A stretch of DNA of 58,606 nucleotides, counting the filler, from Stramenopiles sp. TOSAG23-2 (lineage: Eukaryota), in the NCBI GenBank assembly GCA_900128395.1. It is 3 parts of 3 records of this genome, joined end to end, with 100 filler letters (N's around TTAATTAATTAA, not from the genome) between each part and the next. Parts side by side here need not be neighbours in the genome. Positions count along the whole stretch, not along the records: positions 1 to 19,511 come from LT649580.1; 2 more parts are not named here. The stretch is one strand, 5' to 3'. Under the pieces are notes generated by a model, which was not told where the DNA came from, did not search any database, and was given only the letters and a program-made list of their open reading frames with translations. Of the stretch, positions 1-12,688 are shown one piece after another. How positions within the stretch are numbered: position 1 is the stretch's first letter; the number at the start of each line of letters is the position of its first letter. Position numbers and translations under genes: made by a program.

Positions 1-1999
1 CTTGATACACCACACGTTCTTTTGGGTCAATGTTATCCATAGAATATGATTTATTCAGCATTGTATCCATTCGGTTGAAAAAGTCAGGATCTACCTGAAC
101 GTTATTATTTTTAGATAACAATATATATTTTTGTCGTAAATCTAACAGTATTAAACGTTGCACTTGGCGTTGGTCTGGAGTTAAGTCGGAAAGCAAAAAT
201 TGCCTTCTCCTTTTACTAGCCCCAACAATTCCCGCTCGAACAGCAGCTAAAATTTTAGATCTAGCTAGCTCGTCAATTGCTGCGTTAGAATGTTTATCTA
301 GATTTATTCTATGAAAAGCTGTACTCCATGGTGCAAGTGCTAAATTTTCCCATCCTTGTGGTGCTGAAATGGTCGAACCTATATAAAGACCATTTTTACC
401 TTTCCTAGTAGCAGTTGGACTCAAATGAACTTCTTCATCCAATAAATCCAATTTGTCTAAATTATAATAAACAGCTTTTACCCCTTTATTCATCCAACTA
501 TCTTCAACCACTTTGTCTTTCATCATTTGTTTATTGTAACGACTTTCAATTTTATCTATTTTTTTACGTAGCAAAACTTTACTTGCATATTTCAATTTCT
601 GTTTCTTTGATAAATACAAATGCTCCTTTCCAACATCATTCGTTTTTGGCGTACTTGCATATTTCAATTTCTGTTTCTTTGATAAATACAAATGCTCCTT
701 TCCAACATCATTCGTTTTTGGCGTACTTGCATATTTCAATTTCTGTTTCTTTGATAAATACAAATGCTCCTTTCCAACATCATTCGTTTTTGGCGTACTT
801 GCATATTTCAATTTCTGTTTCTTTGATAAATACAAATGCTCCTTTCCAACATCATTCGTTTTTGGCGTATCTCCATATATCAAATGTATCGTATCACTTT
901 CTTCAAGCCCCATTCCAATGTTTTTCAAATTAAATCGTTTGATATTTTCATCCGATTTCCAATAAACCTTCCCAGTTTTAGTTGATTTTATTGCAACTGC
1001 TTGATAGACTGCTTCTAAAAATTCTGCATAACTAGTAGAACTTACATCATGGGTCCAATGATCTGCCAATTGAAACCAAGCACGAGTAAATCGGTTTTTA
1101 TTTAAATTTCCATATCCCATATGGTCTCCTTCCCAATCCACCTCGGCATATTGGCGTCGGGTTTGATTTAATGCGGGATCTGGATTATCATCAACAACGG
1201 CACGATAAACCTTCATGCACATGTCAATATATTCATTTTTCTCTATGCATGCATCATGATCGTTATCTGTCACCTCCCATAGTTGATCCAACATACGACG
1301 TACGCGTGGATTCCATTTAATTGCTTCTCGTTTCAATAAAGCAAGATCTGAGTAATGTGGATTACCTTCATGTTCACCATCTGGGTCATAAAATGATCGT
1401 AGTGATTCTAGTAAATGCGACAACGATTCTACCTTTGATTTTGGTCCATCAATACCATGATCGTGTTCATCCGATTCAAAATGAAAAAAATGTACAAGAT
1501 TTGCTAGACGGTTAATATTATTAACAGCCCTTTTCACTTTAGCGACTCCAGCTGCATTAAAGGTATGCCTTACTCTAGTTTTGACATCATCGTTCTTCTT
1601 TTTTTTCTTTGGACTTTTAAGTCTCCCTATATTCATTGTTTTGCTAACTGCTCTCTTTATAGTTTTCCTAGCATTGAATTTTACTTTTCTTGAAGTAAAA
1701 CCGGAACCATCCTCATTACCTTTAGCGGCTGGATCAATCATCGTAAATTCAGCACCCATGATTGGTGGTAAAGGTTTATCATTATGCCGCTTTAACCTAT
1801 TACCAAAAATGGAGAAAATTCGATTGTGCGGATCTTTTCCCATAGTACGAAAGAAGAAGGACAACGAGTTAGCTTTACTTGCAACTTTTTTCATTCTTCG
1901 CTTTGTTTCTTTAACTCTCTCTGACGACGTTTTTCTTATTCGGTGGTTGGATTGGACATTTATATATTTATTATCTCGGGTTGCGTTTAAATAAGACAT
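1..1999 (-). CDS. EF-hand-containing protein, 3'-partial (>=666 aa, runs off the left edge)
   Basis: Manual translation from the ATG at 1999 (MSYLNATRDNKY...) stays open to base 1. It has an EF-hand-like loop LWEVTDNDHDACIEKNEY followed by DWEGD...WFQLADHWT, and a 24-aa repeat x4. It is missing from the ORF track because there is no stop in the window. Confidence 0.8.
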   Translation of the reverse strand, partial: MSYLNATRDNKYINVQSNHRIRKTSSERVKETKRRMKKVASKANSLSFFFRTMGKDPHNRIFSIFGNRLKRHNDKPLPPIMGAEFTMIDPAAKGNEDGSGFTSRKVKFNARKTIKRAVSKTMNIGRLKSPKKKKKNDDVKTRVRHTFNAAGVAKVKRAVNNINRLANLVHFFHFESDEHDHGIDGPKSKVESLSHLLESLRSFYDPDGEHEGNPHYSDLALLKREAIKWNPRVRRMLDQLWEVTDNDHDACIEKNEYIDMCMKVYRAVVDDNPDPALNQTRRQYAEVDWEGDHMGYGNLNKNRFTRAWFQLADHWTHDVSSTSYAEFLEAVYQAVAIKSTKTGKVYWKSDENIKRFNLKNIGMGLEESDTIHLIYGDTPKTNDVGKEHLYLSKKQKLKYASTPKTNDVGKEHLYLSKKQKLKYASTPKTNDVGKEHLYLSKKQKLKYASTPKTNDVGKEHLYLSKKQKLKYASKVLLRKKIDKIESRYNKQMMKDKVVEDSWMNKGVKAVYYNLDKLDLLDEEVHLSPTATRKGKNGLYIGSTISAPQGWENLALAPWSTAFHRINLDKHSNAAIDELARSKILAAVRAGIVGASKRRRQFLLSDLTPDQRQVQRLILLDLRQKYILLSKNNNVQVDPDFFNRMDTMLNKSYSMDNIDPKERVVYQ
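580..869 (-). repeat. Coding minisatellite, 72 bp x4 (TPKTNDVGKEHLYLSKKQKLKYAS)
   Basis: Four essentially identical 72-nt units start at 580, 652, 724 and 796, in frame with the minus-strand CDS. Confidence 0.95.
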
Positions 2000-2430
2000 A
2001 ATTGGTTGATTTCTATAATCTATTTTGAATAATTATTGTGTAACAATGTACAATTTCACAAGTTTTAGTTGTAGTAATAGTCTATCTTGTACATACAAAG
2101 AGAATGTGCAATATGTAAACGATCGAACAAAATAATACTGATATGTAATCTGTCTTTGTATATATATATCAATAATACTCAAATATAATACTATAGTCTA
2201 TTAATATTATTATTATTATTATTATTATTGTTGTTGCATTGCTGGAGGATTGCATACTTTTTTGTAAAGCCAAAATGCCAAAATCTATTTATTTATATTA
2301 TAAGTATAGCATGCATTACTATGGAGAATATAATATTATTCTTCAATTATACCTGTACTGTACAAGTTTATGATCTTTTTAGTGTTAAATATAGTATAGT
2401 GAGTAATAATAGTGTAAGCCTGGTAAGTAC

Positions 2431-2570
2431 ACAAGAACACAAGAACACAAGAACACAAGAACACAAGAACGGATAGCTGGCCGGGCTGTGGATAGAGCTA
2501 GCTAGCTAGAGCTAGCGCTAGCTGGCTAGCTCTAGCTGCTAGCCTGGATAGCCTGGATAGCGGATAGCTA
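2431..2570. repeat. (ACAAGAAC)x5 microsatellite followed by a GCTA/CCTGGATAG low-complexity patch
   Basis: Directly visible tandem units in intergenic DNA. Confidence 0.85.
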
Positions 2571-3029
2571 CGAGGAATCGTGTTATCCTATACAAATGTA
2601 TAATATTATACATACTTATTAGGTAGTAGCTCTACATACGTTCCCTGGTTATACTGTATATCTAACTTTGCCAGGCTTTAGCTTATAAGCTTGCTGGGCT
2701 TTGGGCTTGCCAGGCTTGCCAGCTTGCTTCATTACGTACACACAAGTTTTCAAGTACAGTAGTACAGTATATAATAGTGAGTATAAAGTACCTAATAGTG
2801 TTATTTTTTTTACTATTAGCTATATAATACATAGTAATGGTGTGTGTGGAGTGTGGAGACTTTGGTAATGCTGTACCGAGATTTTGACCTGGAAGCCGGA
2901 AGCCGCCTTCTGGCCTTCCTTAGCGCTATAAGATCTATAACTAATATATGACTTTACAAACAGTAATATGCACACACTAAACACTAAACGCAACATACAT
3001 TTCAGGCACGAAATAAGACAATCGAAATT

Positions 3030-4219
3030 TTACTCAGCTTTGGTCTTTTTAGTAGACGATTTCTTCTTCTTCTTTTCTGATTTTAATTTTGCTTTTTTCT
3101 TCTTCCTTTTTTTTATCTTCGTTTCCTCTTTTTTTTTTTTTTTTGATGCTAATTTCTTTTTTTGTGTTCTACTTGTACCTTCTACTCTCTCATAATTAAT
3201 TATGTTTCCTCTTTTTTTTTTTTTTTTGATGCTAATTTCTTTTTTTGTGTTCTACTTGTACCTTCTACTCTCTCATAATTAATTATGTTATTTTGGTATT
3301 TATTATCCTTAGCTTTACTTCTGTTTAAATTGACTAATGCATTTGTTTTCTTTTTTTTTCTATTGCTACTACTATGAAGCATCATACTTTTCATGATATT
3401 TGGCCTTTCATCATCATCATCTGCTGTTGTACCATTGCGCATCATTCGTGTATACCTTTTATTTTGATAACCAACAATTACATAAAGCAGTGTAAGAAAA
3501 ACAGCTAAACCTAAACTAAGCCCAGCGATTGCTGGGTGTGAACCAGATGTTATATAACCTGACATTAATGTGAAAAAAATAGCATATAACATGGGTGGAA
3601 AATCAACAATTGCATTTAATATTACATTTTGCAAACTTTCATTTTTTGCTTTTCTTTTTCTGTTTCTATACAATCTACTACTCCTTAATATTCTTGCCAA
3701 TCGTTTACGACCTTTTAAACTAGCATATTCCCTGGCATTTATAGTTTTTCTTCCAATTATTGGGTCAATTACCCTTGATCGAATACTTGGGTTTGCGCCA
3801 TATTTTAATAGTGTTTGTGCATATAACAATCGCTTTTTCTGCCCCTTTTGACTTAAATCTTTAATGACGTAATGTAATGGAGTTTCTCCTTGTATATTTT
3901 CAGTACCCGCTTTCGTATTTACATTTGCTCCTCTTAAAAGCAATTTTTCAGTAACTGTTATGCTATTCATACTTAAACATGCTGCGTGCAATGGTGTCAT
4001 ACCAGTATCGTCTTTCATGTTTGGATCTGCGCCATTTCGTAACAAGAATTGCACCATTACTCTATTTCCATCAATACACGAAGCTGTTAATGGTGTTTGG
4101 CCCGTACTAGTAAAAACATTTTCAACAAAATTTTCATATCCAATATAATTTTCATCTATTTCTTCCTCATCACTAGTATCTTCGATATTAAAATTTAAAA
4201 TTGTATTTACAATATCCAT
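3030..4219 (-). CDS. Ankyrin-repeat protein with two predicted TM helices and a Lys-rich tail
   Basis: Ankyrin motifs GQTPLTASC, GMTPLHAAC and GETPLHYVI, followed by a hydrophobic pair. The ORF-track stop at 3200 is created by an 83-bp tandem duplication; the second copy continues ...ETKIKKRKKKKAK...TKAE* to 3030. Confidence 0.85.
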
Positions 4220-4827
4220 TTTGTATGGTTATAATTTGAACAGGTTTCGTTTGATCTCTATCTCTACTTTTCAGTGTCTGCAGGTGATTATGCATGTAGA
4301 GATATTAAGATAATATTGCTTATATGTAAGTTTTATCTATCAAAGTATATAATATTCTATATTTTATTAATATTATAGTACTTGTTTTCAGTGTCTGCAG
4401 GTGATTATGCATGTAGAGATATTAAGATAATATTGCTTATGTAAGTTTTATCTATAAAAGTATATAATATTCTATTTTATTAATATTATAGTACTTGTGT
4501 TATTATTTAATATTATAAATATATATAATAGTTCTTAAGAACTATAATACTATAATACTGGAGGACTATAATAATAATATACCGACCAGTATAAATAGTA
4601 TATTATTATATGGATACACTATCATACTATCATCATATTAATAGTAGTATTTGGTATTATTATTATCTTATTTATTAGTCCGGAGTTATAGTCTAGTGTA
4701 TATTAATTCTAGTGATATTCTATTTAACATCTTATTTTGAAGGAGCTTATAAGCAAAAAACTTAGTTGCAATATATAATATTTTATACAATATCATCATC
4801 AATTTTAATCAACTCTCTCACTCTGTC

Positions 4828-5674
4828 TTACTTATTTTTATAATCAGCAAAAAATTCATCTTTCGTTAAAAAACCAGGTCGATCCGTTTTTAATGGCCCT
4901 TTGTAATTTTTGTAACTTTCCAAATTCCTAATTCCCTCATACACCGCTTTAACTTTTGGATACGGTGCAAAAATATTTATAATCAGCAAAAAATTCATCT
5001 TTCGTTAAAAAACCAGGTCGATCCGTTTTTAATGGCCCTTTGTAATTTTTGTAACTTTCCAAATTCCTAATTCCCTCATACACCGCTTTAACTTTTGGAT
5101 ACGGTGCAAAAATATCAACACCCGTTTGCTCTTGAAGGCGGTTTAAAGTAAGTGTTTGGTTCCAGTCAACATGTTGGCATAGAAAAAAATCAACCAATGT
5201 AGGCTTGTCCCCAGTGAAAAAAGGTCCTTTGATGGCACGGCTCAAATTTTCCATTTGTTTTGCAAAACGGGCTGGTTTTCCATCACCGGCTCCTTCCAAG
5301 TAAATTTTACATGTTTTACCACCTTCACGAATATTTTTCCCTAAACCACCTTCGAACAAATCCACGATATCGCTCAACCATTGAACAGCTTTGAAACGGT
5401 TTAGCCCTTCATCCAAACCTACTTTAGTCCCCACGTACAGTGTTACAGCAGTGGATTGACTAATTCGAAAATCACCATCAACTACTATTGGAGGTGCGAA
5501 CGTATCTTTGTCACCGCTCCAAGATGATCCTAATTTTGCAATTGCTGGAAATTCCGATACGTGTTTGTACGGTGTCCCTGTATGCTCCAACATACGAACC
5601 GTTGCACCGGCACGGCCCATCATTGGCCAATAATACACGGTAAGTACAGACTGTTCTTTTGCTATTTCAGTCAT
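4828..5674 (-). CDS. Glutathione S-transferase
   Basis: YYWPMMGRAG N-terminus, FAPP...ISQSTA G-site motif, GPFFTGDKPTLVDF C-domain motif. Removing the 139-bp duplication gives the end ...FFADYKNK* at 4828. Confidence 0.9.
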
Positions 5675-6033
5675 GCTAATTAATATATATATATCTGATG
5701 ATAGTTAGAATGTTAAGTTCTAAAATAGCTATATATATATATTATATATATATCTGATGATAGTTAGAATGTTAAGTTCTAAAAAAATAAAATTTTTACA
5801 GAAATTTGGCAAACAACAATGTTTTTGGCCAAAATACTATATTATATAAAAAGATTCTCTTAAATATTATCCTCAATACTAGAAACGAGAAATGAAATGA
5901 AAGAAAGCTCTTTATTCCATTTATTATGCAACGTTTGATAATAAATAATATCATATTTGTTTTTTTTTGCGAAGTATATATACATGAATAAATTATAAAT
6001 TGTGTGCATGCTATGCTTTTATGCTTTTCGTAC

Positions 6034-6200
6034 ATAAGGGAAAAATTTCTGAAATCCGTCATACTTTTTTAAAAATATATTAAGTATGTATATTTGTACA
6101 CTAATAGTGCTAACAAATAAAATAGGAATCTTAGTATACAAATATATACACTTAATATATTTTTAAAAAAGTATGACGGATTTCAGAAATTTTTCCTTAT
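6034..6200. repeat. Long inverted repeat (about 70-bp arms, about 20-nt loop), MITE-like
   Basis: ATAAGGGAAAAATTTCTGAAATCCGTCATACTTTTTTAAAAA... pairs with ...TTTTTAAAAAAGTATGACGGATTTCAGAAATTTTTCCTTAT. Confidence 0.85.
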
Positions 6201-6541
6201 TATACCAGGATAAATCGGCATTAGGAGGTTTTTTCTTAGCTGCTGGGAAGATCATCTTAATCTTTTTGTTGGAGAAGAAGATCAAAAATAATTCCGGAAT
6301 TCATAAAAAATAATAATACCTGTAGTAAAATCCAAAAATGATGAAGAGCACAAGATGAAGAAAATAAAAAATATAGTGTTGTAAATTTGTAAATTCAACC
6401 GCGCTACTACTTGTTGACGAATATACATTGTCTACTATTGTATCATACGTGGATATATATATATATATATATATATATAGATTTTATAAAAATAAAATAC
6501 TTGATGTGTGGGTGGGTGGTGCACAATTATAAAACAAAAAT

Positions 6542-9500
6542 ATGAAATGTAGTCAATATCTTCAATTTGAATTATATTTCTTCGTAGTGATCCTAGTACT
6601 TTTATTATCAAATATTATTACAATAGCATCACTGTTCCCGACGTCTTCATTATCAGTCAACAACGATAATAATGGCACTGCTATAATATTTACTGCCACC
6701 CTTCCAGTTAAATATAAACATATGCTTCCAAAACAATGTTTACAGCCAACTTTAATTTATAAACCAATAGATTCAATAAATGGTATTGTAAATACACCAT
6801 ATCTAGTTGTTGATACAGCTGGAGAATATATTGTCTCTTGTTATGAACGTGGAAATTTACTTCTTCGAAAATATATTGCTGTTCTATTTGGTAAACCAGG
6901 CGAGCGAGCAACAAGTATTCAGTATGTGAGTGAAAGCTTTAAAGATGATAAAGCAAACCAATCGACTGATCGTCGATATAATTTTTGGCATTTTGTTACG
7001 GACGAACAGAAAGTTTTTAGGGTAAGTCCACCTAGTGATGCACATGGTGTTGTTAATGGTCGTTCTAATTTTTTTCTAGAACCATTGGAATATACATTTA
7101 ATGGAATCATGCCATCAGTTGGCATGCAGTTTTTTATCAAACCATCATCTGATTCAAATGAAGAAAAAAAGTACACATATTTTGAAAATAATGACAAGGC
7201 AACGAATAATATAAATTTATTTGTAAATCCATCAACAGCTGAAATTTCTTTGTATAGTTTAGGCGATGAATTGTATCGCGAATCTTATGGTGATAGTATA
7301 GATGAAAGTTGTATTAATAATGAAAAATCATTGCATGAAATTACAATAATTTTGAAATTAAATGCTAAAAATTTTTCATTGACATGGCATTGTGGTACAG
7401 CAAAAACTGCTGCCGTAATACCAACACGGCACCAGGCCGAAGGAACACATAATATTAATTTTCGAAGTAATTTTGGATCAAATGGCCAAGCTAGCACTCA
7501 ATTGTGGTTGAATTGGGAGGGACAATCAAACAACAAATTATTTAAAATTAAATCACTTTTGTTGCCTGGAAATGATCCATTAAGACCGGTAGTACCATCT
7601 AGTTTACCGCAACCTTTTGCAATGCCTGCTGTTGAATCTGACGAAGTTGGCGGTTTTGGGGCATTAGATTTACCTTTAGGGGAAGAACAGCCAATGGCTT
7701 CTATAGGATTTTTAGATGTAACTGCCCCACCATTTTTTGCAGATAAAAGTGGTATGCTGAAGGATTCAACACTTTCAATTCAACATGCTGTAGATTTCGC
7801 CAGATGGCACTATTTAGCCGTATTTTTACCTCATGGAACTTATCGCATAAGTGATACAATAATTGCTAGGCAAACGACGCGAATGATGCTAACCGGGGAT
7901 ATACCAGGAGAGAAAGGTCAAGGCTTTAGCTTCACGCGAGATTTTCTTCTTGATGGTGTTAGTTCAAGATACGTTGCACATCATATTCGTGGTGAAGTTA
8001 CACCCCAGAATGAAAGAGCTATATTATACGTACCAGCATATACAAAAGGTTTTACTAATGCATCACAACCAAAAGTATGCGTCGATATGCGGTATATAAA
8101 TCCTATCGGGCAAGAGGAACCAAATGCACAATACAACACCAATATTATTGGTGTAAAAGTACAAATTGGCGTGGGTAATGCAGGTGCTGTTGGTATAAGA
8201 CTAAGGGCAGCCCAAGGTTCTGGGATTGAAGATGTTGAGATCATATTTGACGGTGGTGCTGATCCAAATGCTGGAATGGCAGGAATTGTTGGAGGCTGTG
8301 GCAGCGGCGGGGCTCACCATAGTATATTTATTAGTGGTGGTCGATATGGTATGGATTTGCGTATGACACAGCCAGCATCTACTATATCTGGTATTATTTT
8401 AAGTAACCAATCTTGTTCTGCCATTATATATGAAGGATTTGAAACATTAGTTGCAGTTGGCCTAGTAAGTAAATTCTATTCCCCTCTAGACCTAAAAAGG
8501 ATGATCCTTTCTAATACATCACTCATTTATACGCTACGCTTTACAGAATATTAGTGACTTTTCTGGTAAAAATGCTATCATCGCTGGCTTTCGCCCCAAT
8601 GTGCCTTTAAATGGGTCATGCCATATACCAGTGATGGATGGTAATTACCAGAAAACAAATGGGATTATAGCAGGAAGGGTGTCTCTGATTGACTCAACCA
8701 TAGCATTTGCAAAAGAAACTGTCATCGAGGCAAAAGATGATCTTAACATAGCAATTACAACAAATCGAAGTTTATTTATGAAAAATGTTTTTATATTTGG
8801 AGCATCGAAGATAACAAAATTCAATAATAATAATAAAGCCGGTGATGAAAAAAACAAAGATATAATATCAACAAAATGGACTCATGTAAAGCTTTTTGCT
8901 CATGGTGAAAACAGTTCTAAGTATCCACAACACCCGGAGTGGATCTTAAGATCGCCTACATACATTAATGGGAAACGTTTTAAGACTGCGGATGATATTC
9001 TTCATCAAATTGAATATAATGTATCTACTTTTCCACCATCTAATTTAATTACGAAACATGTGTGGGGTAAAGCTTCTGATTTTCCATCCCCAATTGGTGA
9101 AAATGTATTGAATGTTCGTTTATCTCCATATAATGCTGTTGGGGATGGTATTGAAGATGATACAAATGCAATTCAACAAGCTATTGATGATGCAGCAAAT
9201 ATGGTAAGAGTTGCTCCTGGAACACTTGATAGCAGTTCTTGTCAAATTGTATTGTTGCCAAGGGGAATATATGCAATACGAAAGTCATTAAAAATTCATA
9301 ATGGTGTTGCATTAATTGGTATTGCAAAACATCTTTCTCGTATAGTTATGTATTTTGATGACAAACTGGCCGATTTGGAAAGGCGGCCATTGTTTTCAGA
9401 CAACGAAAGTACTATTACTGATACCCCGATGCTTGAAACTGCCGAAAATGCTGAATTTATTGTACTAGCATTTTTTTCCATCACTGTATGGAATACAGCT

Positions 9501-10229
9501 CCAGCAGTTTCTGCAATCCAATGGAAGTCGAAAGGTGGTGTTGTTCGAGGCATTCACTTTAATCGTGCAAATAGATGTGGTTCATATGATGGAAAAGGAT
9601 GCAAAGATCCAGTGCCAATAAATCATTCAATGATGACCATTACAGGAAAGAATACATCGTTGAAATATTATACCTTTTTTTTGGAAGATTGTTGTCGAAC
9701 AGAAACATTTGCACCCTGGACAACGTTTTGGAAAGGGTATTTAGCAGGGCCACAACAAGCTCAGTATCGCCATTTACTTGTAACAAATGGAGCTGGTCCA
9801 GTATCGTTTTATCATTTAAATTGTGAGCATGGCACAGGTGAAGCTATATGCGAGTTTTCCAATGGTAGCCATGATATCAATATTTACGGGTTCAAATCGG
9901 AAGGTGGTACCGTAGGTCTCTGGGCTCAAGATTGCGCTAATTTTAGTCTTTTTGGTACCGGTGGTTGTGGTTGTGTAGCAAATAATACCAGATGGCCATC
10001 AACATTTGAACAAGATTTTCCAACGTACTATAGGATACAGCGTTGCAAAAATGTTTTGCTTGCTAATATAATGGACCAGGGCTCACGTCTTACGAAACCA
10101 CAGAATAATCCATTTAATGAAATTGGATGTAACCCTGATTCCGAGAATAAAATTTTAGTTGAAGACTTGAATGGGAAAAAAATGGTGACAGATGTATTTG
10201 ATCGTCCAGTTGTTTTGATAAGCAATTAA
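6542..10229 (+). CDS. Secreted GH55/pectate-lyase-3-like protein with two beta-helix domains; join(6542..8464,8547..10229), about 1201 aa
   Basis: A GTAAGT...TTCTAAT...TTACAG intron at 8465-8546 joins the two ORFs in frame. Two motifs DVTAPPFFAD..DST.SIQ.A..FLP.GTYRIS and NVR..PYNAVGDG..DDT.AIQ.AID..LLP.GIY; hydrophobic N-terminus. Confidence 0.8.
8465..8546 (+). other. Spliceosomal intron, 82 nt, phase 0
   Basis: GTAAGT donor, CTAAT branch-like site, TTACAG acceptor; restores the reading frame. Confidence 0.85.
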
Positions 10230-10639
10230 AGGGAGTGCAATCATTTTAACCGCGAGATTAACGAGATGAATTGTGTTACAAGTCGTATTATTGATGTGAA
10301 TATGTGTGATAGTGTGGTGAATACGAGCGCGTATCATTTTTAAATTTAATAAAATTATGATATGATGATATGTCATACTTCGTATATTATGTTTTTTGAT
10401 CTAGTAAAATATGTATAATTGGTGTACGATTCATACTTTATTAAAAGAGTATATAATAATACGATCGTAATTTTTAATACGTAAAATTTTATTTATCCCT
10501 TGGAAGCTCTCTCAGATAAACGGGGCCATAATATGCATTTAAAAGATAAACGCATTATTTTTACCATCTCTTCTCACGAATTTACTACGTTCATACGAAG
10601 CTTTCGTACCACCCGCGCCTACACCTCACATTGATTCCC

Positions 10640-12079
10640 TTACACAAACAACTTTTTATTAATCAATGTAATTTTCAAACGAACGTGTTTTTCTTCCATA
10701 CGTTCTTCAATTAGTTGAACTGTCGTATCATTTAATTCAGTAACTGCAAGATCTTTCGGCGTTTGTTTACGTTCATCTATTGATAAAATTGTTTCTGGCG
10801 AAGCATCCATTAATAAAGAGACTACTTCTGTGTGGCCACTTTCACATGCCCAATGAGATGCAAGTTGTCCACTACCTTTACCAAATACTTGTCTACCCCA
10901 TGTATAGGAACATATAGTTGGATCGGCACCATATTTCAATAATTCTTCCACTGCTTGCAAATTTCCAAAACCTGCAGCCCAGTGTAATGGTGTGCTTCCA
11001 TTTCTAGATTGTGCATTCACATCAGCACCTTGTTCGCAAAGGTATGCAATTGATGATAATGTATCATTCATTTTATTTCTTATTCCCGTATCAGTATTAT
11101 TATATTCACTAACATCTTGCTGTATATCATGTTGACCATTATTGTTAGTTAACATTGAGTTTATTGATGATGCTACATAATGCAGTGCAGTTCCTCCATA
11201 AACTGCTTCAGTCATATTTACATTTATTTCAGTAGTATTTTTTTTATCTTCTATCATATTTTTCATTGTTATTATATCATTATTTTTAGCTGCTTGAAAA
11301 AATGGATGTGAAGCTGTGTGTTCATGGTTTGACATATTATTCTTGGAAAGATTGTTTTTTTTTTCACCATTATCGTTGATATCGGTTTTTAATGCAAAAA
11401 CTTCCCCAGCTTCCGTTCCTAAATGTTTGCTAGTAGCTTCAACAAATGCAAATTGTTTTTTTCTATTATTATCCTCATTTGATTTTTTATTTAATATGTT
11501 TTCAAGACTATTTTCTTTTAATTTAATTTCCTTTTTTATCTTATTTACAAAATTATTATCATTATTATTATTAACATTTACCACTTCTTTACTATTTTCA
11601 TTTTCACTGGTTGAAACAATGGCATTGTTATTCATTGGAGAAATATTAGTAGAAACAGTTTCACCACCTGTTATATACACCCCGTCGTTTTGTTCTATAC
11701 TATTTGCCTCTATTTTTTGTTGTTGTTGTTGCGGCTCGGTTTGTATTTTCGCAAGATTTATTGCAAATTTAGAAGGCAAAATAATAGAAGTGGATTCACC
11801 TGGTTTTAATGTTTCCAACATGTCTTCAACTTTTGCACCAGTTTGAATATCGTGTTTTGATATAAGTGGAGCTTCCATCTCTTCATCATCATCACAATCT
11901 ACAACTTCTATTTTAAAATATTTTCCAATACCAAGGTGTATGGAGTTATTATTATTATTATTTACATCCTCCTCATTATTAATTATAATACTTGTAGTTG
12001 ATTTATATCGTTTTATTAATTTCAAAATAGATGATTGTGTATTTTTTTTATTATTACATGTTATGATATATTTCAACAT
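10640..12079 (-). CDS. Ankyrin-repeat protein, possibly with a split FKBP-like frame
   Basis: Ankyrin motifs GGTALHY, GSTPLHWAAGFG and LASHWACESGH; Asn-rich linker; basic N-terminus. Confidence 0.85.
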   Translation of the reverse strand: MLKYIITCNNKKNTQSSILKLIKRYKSTTSIIINNEEDVNNNNNNSIHLGIGKYFKIEVVDCDDDEEMEAPLISKHDIQTGAKVEDMLETLKPGESTSIILPSKFAINLAKIQTEPQQQQQKIEANSIEQNDGVYITGGETVSTNISPMNNNAIVSTSENENSKEVVNVNNNNDNNFVNKIKKEIKLKENSLENILNKKSNEDNNRKKQFAFVEATSKHLGTEAGEVFALKTDINDNGEKKNNLSKNNMSNHEHTASHPFFQAAKNNDIITMKNMIEDKKNTTEINVNMTEAVYGGTALHYVASSINSMLTNNNGQHDIQQDVSEYNNTDTGIRNKMNDTLSSIAYLCEQGADVNAQSRNGSTPLHWAAGFGNLQAVEELLKYGADPTICSYTWGRQVFGKGSGQLASHWACESGHTEVVSLLMDASPETILSIDERKQTPKDLAVTELNDTTVQLIEERMEEKHVRLKITLINKKLFV

Positions 12080-12688
12080 TTTCTAACAAAGAAACGCAAA
12101 TTCACAATGTGAACGAATTACAATATATTGTACTATATTTAAAAATTACATACAGAAAAATATATACATCATCAATATACACCTATGTATCCCATATTAG
12201 ACCCACTTATGCATGTTGCATGTGCAATTTAGATCCTTTGTGTCACTTTTCCACTATGTGCTAAACAGGTGAATAGCGTAATAGATTTTTGAGGTTTTTG
12301 TTTTCCAATATTAAGTACTCTAATTTCCCATTTAAGTATATATTATATGTCATTTAATAGAATTAATATTAATATGTCTTCCTAATAGTAAAGAAAACAA
12401 TCCTTAAAAAATAAAAATTAATAATAAAAAATTTCATCCAAAAAAAATAATATTTAAAAAAAAATTGAATAAAAAAAATAAAAAGATGTATTTGTTGCAG
12501 AGAGCCGCAAGCATAGATGTACCAAGTTTTAAACATTGTTTTTAGAAAAACAAGGGGGAAATATATATATTATTATAATTGGAAATATTCGTATTTGTTC
12601 TTGATTAGTATATATTACATATATATATATTCATATATTATATTTTATTTATAATTTTTTTTTCTTTTATTCACTCATATTAATTATC

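Noticed and set aside
580..869. 72-bp and 39-bp (44638-44910) repeats as CRISPR-like arrays
   Set aside because: No unique spacers; unit lengths are multiples of three and lie in frame within CDSs.
415..1994. Plus-strand ORFs 415-933 and 1581-1994, and the many other short Phe/Leu/Cys-rich ORFs in the track
   Set aside because: They are antisense shadows of Lys-, Glu- or Gln-rich genes or of low-complexity DNA.
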